From positions 472,007 through 536,006 of the forward strand of contig JACROE010000002.1 in assembly GCA_016214565.1 (NCBI GenBank): 64,000 nt of DNA. The letters are read 5' to 3'. Below are positions 31,894-41,662 of the stretch, piece by piece. Each line of letters opens with the position of its first letter. The stretch's first letter is position 1. The DNA comes from Candidatus Kerfeldbacteria bacterium (GTDB lineage Bacteria; Patescibacteriota; Patescibacteriia; UBA10025; JAHIVO01). Both the position numbers and the translations under genes were made by a program. The notes under the pieces are model-generated. The model saw nothing but the letters and a program-made list of their open reading frames with translations. It did no database searches and had not been told where the DNA came from.

Positions 31894-32562
31894 TTATTTC
31901 AAATCAGCTCCAATCCACTCTCTATGGAACTCCTTGAGAAATTGCTCAATGATTTTTCGGCGGCGGAGGGAGAGCCGTTTGCCGGTTTTGGTATTCATCA
32001 GTTCGGGGATGTGCAGCAATTTTTCATAGAAGTGGTGGAGAGAAGAAGCACCGCGATTAGCCGCAGCTACCGACATCTGTTTAAACGGTTTGACGCGAGG
32101 GTTATAGATGGGTCGCTGCCGGCCGCCGCCATAGTGGAAGGTGCGGGCAATGGCAATGGCACCAGCCGCGTCTAGGCGATCGGCATCTTGCACGACTTTA
32201 CCCTCCAGGGTTTTCATGGTTTTTTTGCGACCGGCTTTCCCAAATGACACATTGCCCACGATATACGCGACATGGTCGATCGTTTTCTCATCAAGATGGT
32301 ATGTGGCAAGTAATTTTCGAGCTTCGCGCGGTCCGACGGTATGGTCATTGTTATGAAATTTATGGTCAGCTATGTCATGCAGTAGAGCGCCTAATTCAAC
32401 AATAAACATGTCTGCCTTTTCTTGCTTGCCAATGTATCGGGCATTATCCCAGACACGACGAAAGTGCTGCCAGTCGTGGCCGGACGCCTCGCCTCCGAAC
32501 CGACGCCGCATTTCCCGAGCAACGCGATTAATAATGGTGCGTTGGGTTTTATTGATATGCAT
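31894..32562 (-). CDS. HD-domain phosphohydrolase. The start is assumed at an internal Met, since the ORF extends to 32655.
   Basis: H...HD (LGALLHDIADHKF)...D metal-ligand pattern. Confidence 0.55.
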   Translation of the reverse strand: MHINKTQRTIINRVAREMRRRFGGEASGHDWQHFRRVWDNARYIGKQEKADMFIVELGALLHDIADHKFHNNDHTVGPREARKLLATYHLDEKTIDHVAYIVGNVSFGKAGRKKTMKTLEGKVVQDADRLDAAGAIAIARTFHYGGGRQRPIYNPRVKPFKQMSVAAANRGASSLHHFYEKLLHIPELMNTKTGKRLSLRRRKIIEQFLKEFHREWIGADLK

Positions 32563-32659
32563 ACGTATAGTGTAGCACTGTGGTCTATCATTTGGCGAGA
32601 AAAAAAGAAAGGATCGCCGGGGGCACGATCCTTGTTTTGGCTGGAGAATTTGCACGCGA

Positions 32660-32926
32660 TTATTTCGTCGCGCGCTCGAGCAGATAGTCGGTCATCTGAC
32701 CGAAGGTGTGAAGCTTTTGAGCATCTTCTTCCGGGATTTCTATCCCGAATTCTTCCTCAATTGCCATGACCATTTCTACCAGGTCAAGCGAATCGAGTTC
32801 GAGATCTGCCGAAAAATTCGATGTCTCAGTCACATTCTTGATTGCCTCATCGGAGGCGTGATCCTTCAGCGCTTTTTTCATTCGCGCCTGGATTCCCTCG
32901 CGGGTCAGCGGTTCAGTGGTGCTCAT
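32660..32926 (-). CDS. acpP: Acyl carrier protein
   Basis: DLELDSLDLVEMVMAIEEEFGIEIPEEDAQK with a phosphopantetheine Ser in DSL. A strong RBS GGAAGGAG lies 8 nt upstream of ATG 32926. Confidence 0.75.
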   Translation of the reverse strand: MSTTEPLTREGIQARMKKALKDHASDEAIKNVTETSNFSADLELDSLDLVEMVMAIEEEFGIEIPEEDAQKLHTFGQMTDYLLERATK

Positions 32927-33101
32927 GGTGGCACTCCTTCCCAGTTCGGGTGTATTGATTGTTAGTTGATTGTGCAATTTTGGAGTTTGAGTGTAGGTAA
33001 TTTTATCAGTAGTGTCAAGGTGATACCGTGAGTGGCGGTAGCTGTATAATAAAAAAAGAAAGGGTCACTCGGCATGACCCTTCTGGTAATCAAGAACGTA
33101 C

Positions 33102-33470
33102 TTATTTGACGGGCGCAGTACCCGAAGCCTGACAAGAATACATTGGCGCGGGTATCAGCGTGACTCGGAATGAGCTCTCAGCCGGGATCAGCGGCTGTAT
33201 CTGGCTAGTGATTTCCTGGGTAGCGCGCCATGTCTCGGCTTCCGAATATACTTTACTGTCGATAAATATCAGAATATCGATTTCATTTGGCACCACGCCG
33301 GCCCGTTCGACATGGGGCAATTTGGACTCCCATATGAAATAGTCATTTGGGTTTTCTCCCATCACTGACCCCACTATTTGTGCGAGCCCATTGAAGAACT
33401 CTAAGAAGGTCTGGTGGTGGACGGCGTCTGTGTAGCCCCGATGATGAACCATGATCAGTGACATAGTCAC
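33102..33470 (-). CDS. Hypothetical protein
   Basis: 122 aa, no recognised motif. Lies between pyrD and acpP. Confidence 0.3.
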   Translation of the reverse strand: MTMSLIMVHHRGYTDAVHHQTFLEFFNGLAQIVGSVMGENPNDYFIWESKLPHVERAGVVPNEIDILIFIDSKVYSEAETWRATQEITSQIQPLIPAESSFRVTLIPAPMYSCQASGTAPVK

Positions 33471-33620
33471 TCCTTTCTGTATGTGTTCGTGATTGTCAAA
33501 GAATTAAGCCAAATTATCATGCCATTCTGATGATGTCAAGAAGAAAACCGTCCACTTGTGTGAACGGTTTTTTTAGTGCCCTAGTATCTGATGTTACCCT
33601 GATTGATTATGGGTAGTGAG

Positions 33621-34523
33621 TTAATCAATCAATCCATCGAGGATGATACTGAACGAACGAAGTCCCTGGTTCATGATGGGTGTGGCGATTTGCACGCACG
33701 AAGCGCCGGCATGGAGAAAGTCGCGGACGTCTGCGCCAGTGGTAATACCGCCGACGCCGATGTAGCTGACCTGCTCACCAAGGATTGTGTGCAGCTGGTG
33801 GATTTGCCCGAGGGCGATTGGTTTGAGTGCAGCGCCTGCTAGACCACCGAGGCCTGAAGCGGGAGTAATCTCTGGCTGGCCGTTGGTTTTCAGTGCCAGG
33901 GCATTCGGGAAGGTGTTGCATACCGTGATCGCTTTGACGATCGGGTACGCGGAGAGGCATGACCCGACTTGCTGGAGCAGGTAGGGGTCGGCGATTGGTG
34001 AGAGCTTCACGGATAGTCGGCAGCTCGTGCCGATTTGCCGCGTGACCGCATCGAGGATCGCCGCAATCATCGTGGGGTCAAAGCTGGCAATACGCTTTTG
34101 TTTCCCGCCATCCCAGATATTGGGGCAACCGAGATTGAGCTCGATCAGATCCACATGCGCTTCAGCCGCCACCTTTGCCATCATCGCGTATTCATCCGGC
34201 GTGAAGCCAGCGATGCTGAAGCCAAGCGGTTTTCCGACACCATGACTGATTTGGTTCATCTCAGGCAGGTTCCGACGGTAGTATTCGATTCCCGGATTGG
34301 CCAGGCCGATTGAATTGAGGGAGAAGTATGTATCGTGATAGTACACGTCGCCGCTATTGCCCAACCGTGACTCAATCGTCGCAGAGCCGACCATAATCAT
34401 TGCGGTGGCAGAACGGGAAAATTGCTGTACACCGAGATCGCCGTCCAGGTGTTTGCAGGTGCCGGCAGCATTCATGACCGGATGCTCCAGCTCCAAACCG
34501 AGACAGGTACAAAATAAATCCAT
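33621..34523 (-). CDS. pyrD: Dihydroorotate dehydrogenase, class 1 catalytic subunit
   Basis: LEHPVMNAAGT, LNLGCPN, GVGGITTGADV FMN-barrel motifs. 300 aa. Confidence 0.8.
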   Translation of the reverse strand: MDLFCTCLGLELEHPVMNAAGTCKHLDGDLGVQQFSRSATAMIMVGSATIESRLGNSGDVYYHDTYFSLNSIGLANPGIEYYRRNLPEMNQISHGVGKPLGFSIAGFTPDEYAMMAKVAAEAHVDLIELNLGCPNIWDGGKQKRIASFDPTMIAAILDAVTRQIGTSCRLSVKLSPIADPYLLQQVGSCLSAYPIVKAITVCNTFPNALALKTNGQPEITPASGLGGLAGAALKPIALGQIHQLHTILGEQVSYIGVGGITTGADVRDFLHAGASCVQIATPIMNQGLRSFSIILDGLID

Positions 34524-34600
34524 GGTATTCCTCCAGGGGTTATAGAATGGTAATGTTCTTTTTTGGCTAAGAAAAAACCATCGAGCTTAGCTCGACGGTT

Positions 34601-35371
34601 TTAGTATCCAGTAAATTTTTCGATGATGATTTGTGTGTCGGGGAGGCCCATTTCTTTGAGTAGTGCCACCATGGCCTCCACCATGCCCGGCGGTCCGACA
34701 ATCATATAGGTCGGCCTCATGTGGTCGGGCACGGTTTTTTTGATCAAGTCTGCATTGATGAATCCGGTCTGTCCCTTCCACTCATGTTCGAGATGTGTCA
34801 GGTCACTCATCGTAGGCAAATAGTGCAGTTTGTCTGATCGCTTGGTGAGCGCTTCAATTTCCGGGAGATAGGATGAATTACTGATACAGCTGTTGCCGTA
34901 GAGTAGATAAAGCTGGCGTGGTGATTTGGTATCAATACTATATTTGATCATGCCGAGGAATGGTGTGATGCCGATACCGCCGGCGAGAAATACTAACGGT
35001 TGATTGACATCATCAGGCATGGTGAAGTGACCAAAGGGTCCCATCAAGTTGATTGCTTCGCCTGGTTTCAGCTTTTCAATCCGCTGTTTGAATGCCGAAG
35101 TCCCCATGCGCATGCCGAACGATATGTTCGATTCAGTAGGCGATGAGGCAATCGACATGCTGCGGCGGTTGCCTTTGGGTACTTTCATATCCAGATCGGG
35201 GAGAATCAAAGTCATGAATTGACCTGGTTTGAAATCAAAACCGGTCGGTTTTTCAAAAACAAATTCTCGCGTCTCATGCGCGATGATTCGTTGGCTCATC
35301 AATTTGGCTGCGTATTCAGGCATAGGTTCGTCAGTCAGTATACATCGGAATCCTAATTGCATAAAGCCCAC
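34601..35371 (-). CDS. PyrK-like FAD/NAD(P)-binding oxidoreductase (ferredoxin-reductase fold) lacking the C-terminal [2Fe-2S] cysteine cluster
   Basis: RxMSIAS (RxYS flavin motif), GGIGITP NAD-binding motif. Only 2 Cys in the whole protein. Lies directly upstream of pyrD. Confidence 0.55.
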   Translation of the reverse strand: MGFMQLGFRCILTDEPMPEYAAKLMSQRIIAHETREFVFEKPTGFDFKPGQFMTLILPDLDMKVPKGNRRSMSIASSPTESNISFGMRMGTSAFKQRIEKLKPGEAINLMGPFGHFTMPDDVNQPLVFLAGGIGITPFLGMIKYSIDTKSPRQLYLLYGNSCISNSSYLPEIEALTKRSDKLHYLPTMSDLTHLEHEWKGQTGFINADLIKKTVPDHMRPTYMIVGPPGMVEAMVALLKEMGLPDTQIIIEKFTGY

Positions 35372-35466
35372 CCCTGCTTACTGACAATGATTGCCAAGTG
35401 GTGGGGCTTTATGGTACAACAATGTGAAAAGCTCTTTACAGTATATTCCCCGAAAGGAACGTAGTC

Positions 35467-36516
35467 ATGTCTGAACCATTGACGATTATTCGACCGGACG
35501 ATTTTCACGTCCACCTGCGGCAGGAAAATGCTCTGCGAGTGGTCGCGCCTTACACGGCGCGGCAATTTGCTCGGGCGCTCATCATGCCCAATTGCACCCC
35601 GCCGATTACCACTACTCAGCAGGCACAGGAGTATCGCCAACAGATTCTCGGATGCGTTGGTGATCATTCTTTCGAACCGCTGATGACGCTGTATCTCACC
35701 GATCAGACGACGTCTGATGAAATTATGCAGGCAAGCGATTCTGGCATCGTTTTTGCAGCAAAGTTGTATCCGCGCGGTGCTACCACAAATTCTGAAACCG
35801 GAGTGACTGATATCCTCGGACTGTATCCGGTATTGGAAACGATGGAAGAATGTGATTTGGTGCTGTCAGTGCATGGCGAGGTCACACTCACCACGCATCC
35901 GAATGCCGATGTATTCGATTTTGAGCGCATCTTCATCGAGCAGGTGCTGCAACCGATTATCAATCGGTTTTCTCATTTGCGAGTGGTACTCGAACATATC
36001 ACGACTCAGGACGCGGTTGATTTCGTCCTCTCCTCCTCCCCGCACGTTGCTGCCACCATCACGCCGCAACACCTCATGTATAATCGGAATGATTTATTGG
36101 TGGGGGGATTGCATCCGCATCGATACTGTCTGCCAATCGTGAAGGCGGCCACTCCGCATCAGTCGGCCTTGCGCAGCGTGATTACTCTGGACAGTCCGAA
36201 ATTTTTTCTCGGGACTGACTCAGCGCCGCATGCACGTACGGCAAAAGAATCAGCCTGCGGTTGCGCGGGATGTTTCTCGGCACCATGCGCGCTGGAATTG
36301 TACGCACAGGTTTTTGAGGAGTGCAACGCACTGCATCTCCTTGAAGCGTTTGCCAGTCGGCGCGGGGCGCATTTTTATGGACTGCCCCTCAACGCTGGCA
36401 CCGTTACCCTGCTCAAAAAGCCGCGGTGCGTGCCACGATCGATTCCCTATGGGGAATCCGGGGAATTGATTCCATTCTGTGCCGGCGAAGAACTCGCCTG
36501 GCGATTGGAATCGTAG
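35467..36516 (+). CDS. pyrC: Dihydroorotase (type II, E. coli-like)
   Basis: N-terminal RPDDFHVHLRQ metal-ligand motif, NCTPPITT, downstream His/Asp ligands. 349 aa. Confidence 0.8.
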   Translation: MSEPLTIIRPDDFHVHLRQENALRVVAPYTARQFARALIMPNCTPPITTTQQAQEYRQQILGCVGDHSFEPLMTLYLTDQTTSDEIMQASDSGIVFAAKLYPRGATTNSETGVTDILGLYPVLETMEECDLVLSVHGEVTLTTHPNADVFDFERIFIEQVLQPIINRFSHLRVVLEHITTQDAVDFVLSSSPHVAATITPQHLMYNRNDLLVGGLHPHRYCLPIVKAATPHQSALRSVITLDSPKFFLGTDSAPHARTAKESACGCAGCFSAPCALELYAQVFEECNALHLLEAFASRRGAHFYGLPLNAGTVTLLKKPRCVPRSIPYGESGELIPFCAGEELAWRLES

Positions 36517-36542
36517 CACCTTTGGCCCGCTCGAAACACAAA

Positions 36543-36580
36543 CGCCCGCTCAGTATTTGCTGAACGGGCGCTTTATTTGA
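36543..36580. terminator. Bidirectional rho-independent terminator between pyrC (+) and the 36634 gene (-)
   Basis: cccgctcag-tatttg-ctgaacggg hairpin with one mismatch, followed by CTTTATTTG. Confidence 0.4.
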
Positions 36581-36633
36581 GGAGGAGGAAGCGGATCGGT
36601 CAAGTTAATCAATGGCTCAACATTCAACCTTCT

Positions 36634-37623
36634 CTATTGAGAATATTGGAATGTGTTAATGATATCCCGGATTAAATTCCACCAGTATGTCTCATCATCT
36701 AATGATTCGCCAGTGTTCATTTTATATGCGAAATCATAATTACCATAGGTGTTAATTAATACTGTGTCATCAGGCCTGATCGATCCTTGAGCAAATCGCA
36801 ATACAGTAAAGCTTGCCTCGTCTGCGTCACCCTCGTTATTGATTATTTGAGGGCGGGTGAATACTACCGATGTTGCACTCGCGTTATTGACCGTGTATCC
36901 ATCCCAGCTGGCTGGAAATTTTAGAGTGAAACCGAGGTCCGTATTTGTGTATGTGTCCCAGCTCGCGATCTCATCATAGGTACTTTTGCGGACAAATCGT
37001 GCGGTTGGCCCATTACCAGAAAGGGTATCGAAGTACTCATCAATCACCACTACCACTCGATTATTAGCTGGCGCATATGGATCAAAAGGCTCAAAAGCAG
37101 CCACCGCTTCGGCAGTGTTGGTGAAGCAAATACTCTCTGGCTGCCCAACATTTTTTTCTCTCGGAAGCACCTCTCCTGATGTGGCAGATATATACATATT
37201 TACGCCATCGCACGTCGCTCCGATTTGCTCTGGATCATATGATACGTACCCCGTCATTGTCGCCTCGCCAGTAAATTGTGCGGTAAAATTCCCCGACGCA
37301 TCAGTGCCGATAGTTTGTGCAGTCATAACACCAACTTTATCACCCGTTTTTATCGTATTCATATCATATGCATTCAGTGCAATATCCACGCCCTCATAGG
37401 GATTTTCAGTAGTCGTTTGATTTGAGTTGGTGGTCGTATTGATATTTTCATTCGCATTGGCCGTATTTACATTCTCATTTCTTCCGACCGCCGTGTTTGT
37501 ATTAAGAGCATTATTATCCGTCTTGTCTTGGGTCAATACCCACGCCCCGACAGCGATCAATATCAACACAATAAGGCCGATCATGATGAGGGGTGCTTTC
37601 GCAACTCCTTTTTGATTTTTCAT
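36634..37623 (-). CDS. Hypothetical membrane-anchored secreted protein with an Asn/Thr-rich low-complexity linker
   Basis: N-terminal TM helix, NTNTAVGRNENVNTANANENINTTTNSNQTT linker, about 250 aa globular domain. Confidence 0.35.
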   Translation of the reverse strand: MKNQKGVAKAPLIMIGLIVLILIAVGAWVLTQDKTDNNALNTNTAVGRNENVNTANANENINTTTNSNQTTTENPYEGVDIALNAYDMNTIKTGDKVGVMTAQTIGTDASGNFTAQFTGEATMTGYVSYDPEQIGATCDGVNMYISATSGEVLPREKNVGQPESICFTNTAEAVAAFEPFDPYAPANNRVVVVIDEYFDTLSGNGPTARFVRKSTYDEIASWDTYTNTDLGFTLKFPASWDGYTVNNASATSVVFTRPQIINNEGDADEASFTVLRFAQGSIRPDDTVLINTYGNYDFAYKMNTGESLDDETYWWNLIRDIINTFQYSQ

Positions 37624-37698
37624 AAGCGTTAATTTTTATTGCTTAATAAGTAGCTATAAATAAAATCTTGTACAAAAAATAATATTGATTATCCGAAT

Positions 37699-38244
37699 TT
37701 ATTGATTTATGTTTTGCACGATACCTCGGACTTCATTGAATAAGCTATTTACCCATGTCCCTGAATAATCAGTACTATGCGTCCATCGGTCATCAATGGC
37801 AAAATAGATGCGTGAAGTTTGCTGGAACGTGTCGGTCGGCTCAAAAACTAAACGGTTGTAGTCTAGGTCTAATGCATTGGTGATTGAAAAGAGTTCATTT
37901 TGCAGGCTGCCGTAGGCAACCTCGATTGCTTCACCATTTTTTGCTCGCGTAATGTCATCATTGGTGGTTGCGAATCCATTAAAACTATCTACATCCCTGA
38001 CAGCGCTCACAATATACGATTTGATGGATTCATATGTCGCTGAATCTGCCGGTATTGATGTCTTCACCCCGGCTCGGTAATAATCAATAGTGACGACGTT
38101 TGCGTTAGGATTCACTGGCGCGTCTTTGCTGGTCATGAAAAAAATTATCGGCACGCCGATAAAGATAGCGCCGAGGATGACCCAGGTAATTATTTTTGCT
38201 TTCGATGACGACGGCTTGGGCGTCTCGAGTGGTGGGGTGGGCAT
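37699..38244 (-). CDS. Hypothetical membrane-anchored protein
   Basis: 181 aa, a single N-terminal TM helix. Confidence 0.3.
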   Translation of the reverse strand: MPTPPLETPKPSSSKAKIITWVILGAIFIGVPIIFFMTSKDAPVNPNANVVTIDYYRAGVKTSIPADSATYESIKSYIVSAVRDVDSFNGFATTNDDITRAKNGEAIEVAYGSLQNELFSITNALDLDYNRLVFEPTDTFQQTSRIYFAIDDRWTHSTDYSGTWVNSLFNEVRGIVQNINQ

Positions 38245-38308
38245 AGTGAATAAATTATTGATTTAATACCATCAGTATAGCATAACCCGGGCAAGTTTTT
38301 TTCAGCCG

Positions 38309-38956
38309 TTATTTTTGTGTCTCAGCAATGTGGCGTCGATCAAGTTTTTCAAATTCAGCTTGAGTAGGAATGCCAATGCCCTGGCTGGCATTCTCTGGGT
38401 ACGTGCTGCCAGTAAAGAGGGTGATGTGGGTGGGCGGCGGTTCTAGGTGGGTGCCAAGCAACGCATTGATATCGTTGTATAGTTTGGTTAATCCAGGCAC
38501 TGATACCATTTGAATGTATGATTCTCGATGTTCGGGTTCGCGGTCAGGATGCTGGGGATCCAAGGGATAATCCTTAGCAATATGTGATCGTGTCGGTTCC
38601 AGTCGGTAGCTGAAATCGGCAGTTTCAATAAGCTGCTTGATCTGGGTGAATAGTTTGGGATTGCCGCTTGCCTTAACGGCCTTTTTTATTTCCGATCCGG
38701 TTTTGAATCCAAAGGCAGTGATATGGAATTCGGGTTTTTTGGTCATATGGTGAGACGCAGCGGATTCCGTGAGCTCATCTGTTTGTATTGTCTCTGCTGA
38801 AAGGTTAATCAACAGGGAGAAATTTTTCTCGTCGAAGGTAATTTTTTCTGGCTGTAGGACAGCAAGTTCATTTTCCACGCTAGATGTGTCGTCATTCGTG
38901 GCACGGAATGATTGGTGGTCAGATGAAGGTAGTTCTTCGGTGTTCATATTCTTCAA
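38309..38956 (-). CDS. Possible 2H phosphoesterase-fold protein (LigT/cyclic phosphodiesterase-like)
   Basis: Two H-x-T-x motifs with hydrophobic x (FHITAF and THITLF) spaced about 100 aa apart, as in the 2H superfamily. Immediately upstream of tRNA-Leu on the same strand. Confidence 0.35.
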   Translation of the reverse strand: MKNMNTEELPSSDHQSFRATNDDTSSVENELAVLQPEKITFDEKNFSLLINLSAETIQTDELTESAASHHMTKKPEFHITAFGFKTGSEIKKAVKASGNPKLFTQIKQLIETADFSYRLEPTRSHIAKDYPLDPQHPDREPEHRESYIQMVSVPGLTKLYNDINALLGTHLEPPPTHITLFTGSTYPENASQGIGIPTQAEFEKLDRRHIAETQK

Positions 38957-38964
38957 TTGTATAT

Positions 38965-39050
38965 GGTGCCGAGGAGAGGACTCGAACCTCCAACCCCTTG
39001 CGGGGACTAGCTCCTAAGGCTAGCGCGTATACCAGTTCCGCCACCTCGGC
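38965..39050 (-). tRNA. tRNA-Leu (anticodon TAG), type II, CCA encoded
   Basis: GCCGAGGTGGCGGAACTGGTA...CTAGC-CTTAGGA-GCTAG...GGAGGTTCGAGTCCTCTCCTCGGCACCA. Confidence 0.85.
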
Positions 39051-39143
39051 ATATAAATGATTCTACCTATTATAGGCATTACCAGCAAACAAGCAAATAG
39101 GTAAAAAGGCGACCCCACCGGTTGATGGGGTCGAAAATGGTTT

Positions 39144-39284
39144 GGAGCGAGAACTAGGTTGATTTGTTGGTTTTTGGTGGTGCCGGTGGAGGGCTGTCCT
39201 TTTCTTTTTGTGGGCCGTGAACGCCCAGTGTTGTGCGCCGATGTGACGCTTGTACTAATAGCTGGATGCGACGAGCGGTATTCA
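39144..39284 (-). CDS. Possible small basic Pro-rich protein (about 45 aa)
   Basis: ATG preceded by GGAGGTG at 8 nt. On the minus strand the ORF is followed by a GACCCCA-loop-TGGGGTC hairpin plus a CTTTTTAC terminator at 39105-39130. Confidence 0.25.
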
Positions 39285-39716
39285 TGACTCACTCACCTCC
39301 GTTGAGTTTGGGTGTGCTTTCAACATACATCATTTTAGTTAGATATACAACACTGTTTGAGTGGTTATTTTTTTGCTATAATTACAGTAGAAATGAACAT
39401 TGTCATACGAAAAAACAGACGGCGGTAGATCACAAAAGCTGAAGCGCGTCGCGCCATGGCTGATGAAAAATATTCACTGATTGAATGCATCAATTTCGCG
39501 CCAGCCTCGCCGAGTCTAGGCGGGCCGTCCTCGATAATCGCCGTCGCAAAAAAATGTGGGTAACCGTACCTAACAAGTCCAAAACGCACTTTGAAAGTGA
39601 GAAAGGAGGTCGGCAACGACTGAAAAACAGTAGGAAGATAACGTGGGTCTCTTCTTACATTTGTTTTTTGACACAAGTACTCGCGGTTTCTCGATGTACT
39701 ACAAGAGGTAGTTATC

Positions 39717-40436
39717 ATGTTGAACTGGAAGAAATTTACGATCCGGGCCTTGACGGTCACGATCGTAGTCATCGCTGGTTGTTCAAAGACCAGCGACAAA
39801 GCATCAAGTGTTGTCGTTAATCCCGAGATTACGGTAAATGCCGCTGATCTCGTGAAAAATGGCAACCTGTATTTCCCGGATGATTTTTCACAAGTGATCG
39901 GAACGACCGATACGACGATCATCGATAACCTAAAGGAGGTTACTGCCAGCGCTGTTGATGAAGATGTCATCAGGACCATTGTCCTTCTCGATGGCACTGA
40001 ATATCGACTTATCCATCCAGTGATTGATCTTGGCAATACCGGCACTATCTCGCCAGAGGATGAAAAAAACCTACGGCAACTAGCTCCGAGTGCTATCGCC
40101 CTCGGCGGTAATATCACCAATTATTATCTTAAAGATAATGAGTGGGTATATGCTGTTATCATGGGTAGCAGCGATCAAGCCTGGGTGTACTATAATCCGC
40201 GCAAAGCCGGGTATAAGACCTTGAAGTTCAAGAACAACATCGTCTGGAACTACGAGGTCCTCATGTTACCGTCGTGGAGGAATGCGAGTTCTGGGTGGAA
40301 TCAGTGGACCGCCTGGTGGTGCGCTCCATGGTATACCTTTAAGACACTATACAGTGGAAGCGCAGATATTGCTTATCTCTTCGTCGTTGTGCAGAACAAT
40401 GATAAATCTGCTTCGGTCATGATGACGGCTTACTAG
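39717..40436 (+). CDS. Putative lipoprotein (Trp/Tyr-rich secreted protein)
   Basis: Signal peptide with lipobox-like VIAGCS. GAGGTAG RBS 9 nt upstream. The overlapping antisense ORF 39365-40120 has a junk-like composition. Confidence 0.5.
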   Translation: MLNWKKFTIRALTVTIVVIAGCSKTSDKASSVVVNPEITVNAADLVKNGNLYFPDDFSQVIGTTDTTIIDNLKEVTASAVDEDVIRTIVLLDGTEYRLIHPVIDLGNTGTISPEDEKNLRQLAPSAIALGGNITNYYLKDNEWVYAVIMGSSDQAWVYYNPRKAGYKTLKFKNNIVWNYEVLMLPSWRNASSGWNQWTAWWCAPWYTFKTLYSGSADIAYLFVVVQNNDKSASVMMTAY

Positions 40437-40555
40437 TGGGTGACAACCCAGCCGAAAGCCAAGCCCTATTCTGGCAATCGTTGATAGAGTAGGGTAGGGA
40501 TCCGTTCGTTTCTCTACCCTACAAAATATTATATGCATACTCTTGACATTAATAT

Positions 40556-40858
40556 ATGGAAATTGGAACACCACAGTTGCAAATAAAGCCTTCTCGAAAT
40601 ACGTTTCTTTGGATGGCTGCGATATGTATATTTTTTGCAATTTTTTCGTTTTTTGACTTGGGACCATTTTCCCGAGGTGTTGGCGAGATAGTTTATTCAA
40701 CTTTTTTGCCAGCCACGATATTGACTGAATTACTTGTCAGAGGAACCGAGAGTCCATTAAGTTACATAGCGCTACCCATTTTCGTTGTTATTGAGAGCTT
40801 TATCATTAGTTATTTGTTAACAATTATTGCTCGAGTGCTCAAATTACTAAAAAAATAG
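40556..40858 (+). CDS. Hypothetical small membrane protein (low-GC islet)
   Basis: 100 aa, 3 hydrophobic helices. Local GC about 33-35%. Confidence 0.3.
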   Translation: MEIGTPQLQIKPSRNTFLWMAAICIFFAIFSFFDLGPFSRGVGEIVYSTFLPATILTELLVRGTESPLSYIALPIFVVIESFIISYLLTIIARVLKLLKK

Positions 40859-40880
40859 ATTTCAAACTAATTTACTTATT

Positions 40881-41156
40881 ATGTATTTTGAACTGTACAT
40901 TGCAGGAGGGGCATTACTGATACTAGTTGCGAGTTTCGTGATGTATCAGTCAAAAGCCAAGTTTCAGAATATTACCGCTGCTCGTTTGGTATTGTTACGT
41001 TCTTGCTTCGCTTTAGTCTACGTCACTCTTATCTATTATTTTGTGTTTATTTGGGAATCATTTTCGTTGCAATATCTATTAGTTTTACTTGGTGCAGCGA
41101 TCATCTTCATTTTATTTGACCGTCAAATAAAAAAAACTCAGAGTCCTAGTAAATAA
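40881..41156 (+). CDS. Hypothetical small membrane protein (low-GC islet)
   Basis: 91 aa, 3 hydrophobic helices. Confidence 0.3.
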   Translation: MYFELYIAGGALLILVASFVMYQSKAKFQNITAARLVLLRSCFALVYVTLIYYFVFIWESFSLQYLLVLLGAAIIFILFDRQIKKTQSPSK

Positions 41157-41161
41157 TCAGT

Positions 41162-41452
41162 ATGTTGATTGGACGCCAACCATTTTTCAAAAAAGAAAGC
41201 ACACGAGGTTTTATTTTTGCTTTTGTACCATTGTCTGTTCTGAGGGTGGTGGAGGAACTTATTAACACAGAAAAATCCTGGTACGCGGTCGAGATATCTT
41301 CAATTTTTGGAGCAGTTACTTTATTTGCTGCGTAGTTCTTTCTTAATGATTTGAAGTACAAAAAGTATGCGCAAGGGGCGTTGTTAGGGTGGTTGGTATT
41401 TGTAGTAGTATTTCTTAGTATGAAAGTATTAGTAACAACAATTAATCAATAA
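41162..41452 (+). pseudogene. Small membrane-protein reading frame interrupted by an in-frame TAG at 41333. Either a pseudogene or two mini-cistrons.
   Basis: A frame of 96 codons in which both halves are hydrophobic and helix-like (…SIFGAVTLFAA*FFLNDLKYKKYAQGALLGWLVFVVVFLS…). Confidence 0.25.
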
Positions 41453-41662
41453 TGAAGTTAAGTTAGGAAATCCAAAATAAACAAACCGCTCATTCTGAGC
41501 AGAAAGCGAGGTAAGTCAATTTACACTGCCAGTCAGTTCGTAGGGAGAAGGTTAGTTTCCGTGGGTCTCTCCTTCACGAATAGCATGTTCATTACAATTT
41601 AGTGCACGGAATGCATGACGATAAATTGAAATTCTGATTTTTCGTGAAAGGAAGGTGTCACT

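Noticed and set aside
39020-39292. 90-aa minus-strand ORF
   Set aside because: It overlaps the tRNA-Leu gene body and is therefore spurious. A different, shorter frame with a real RBS lies just upstream of the tRNA (see finding).
39365-40120. 251-aa minus-strand ORF overlapping the 39717-40436 plus-strand gene
   Set aside because: The plus-strand frame has an RBS, a lipoprotein signal peptide and a sensible composition. The minus frame is Ser/Thr/Arg-rich junk-like and would overlap by more than 400 nt.
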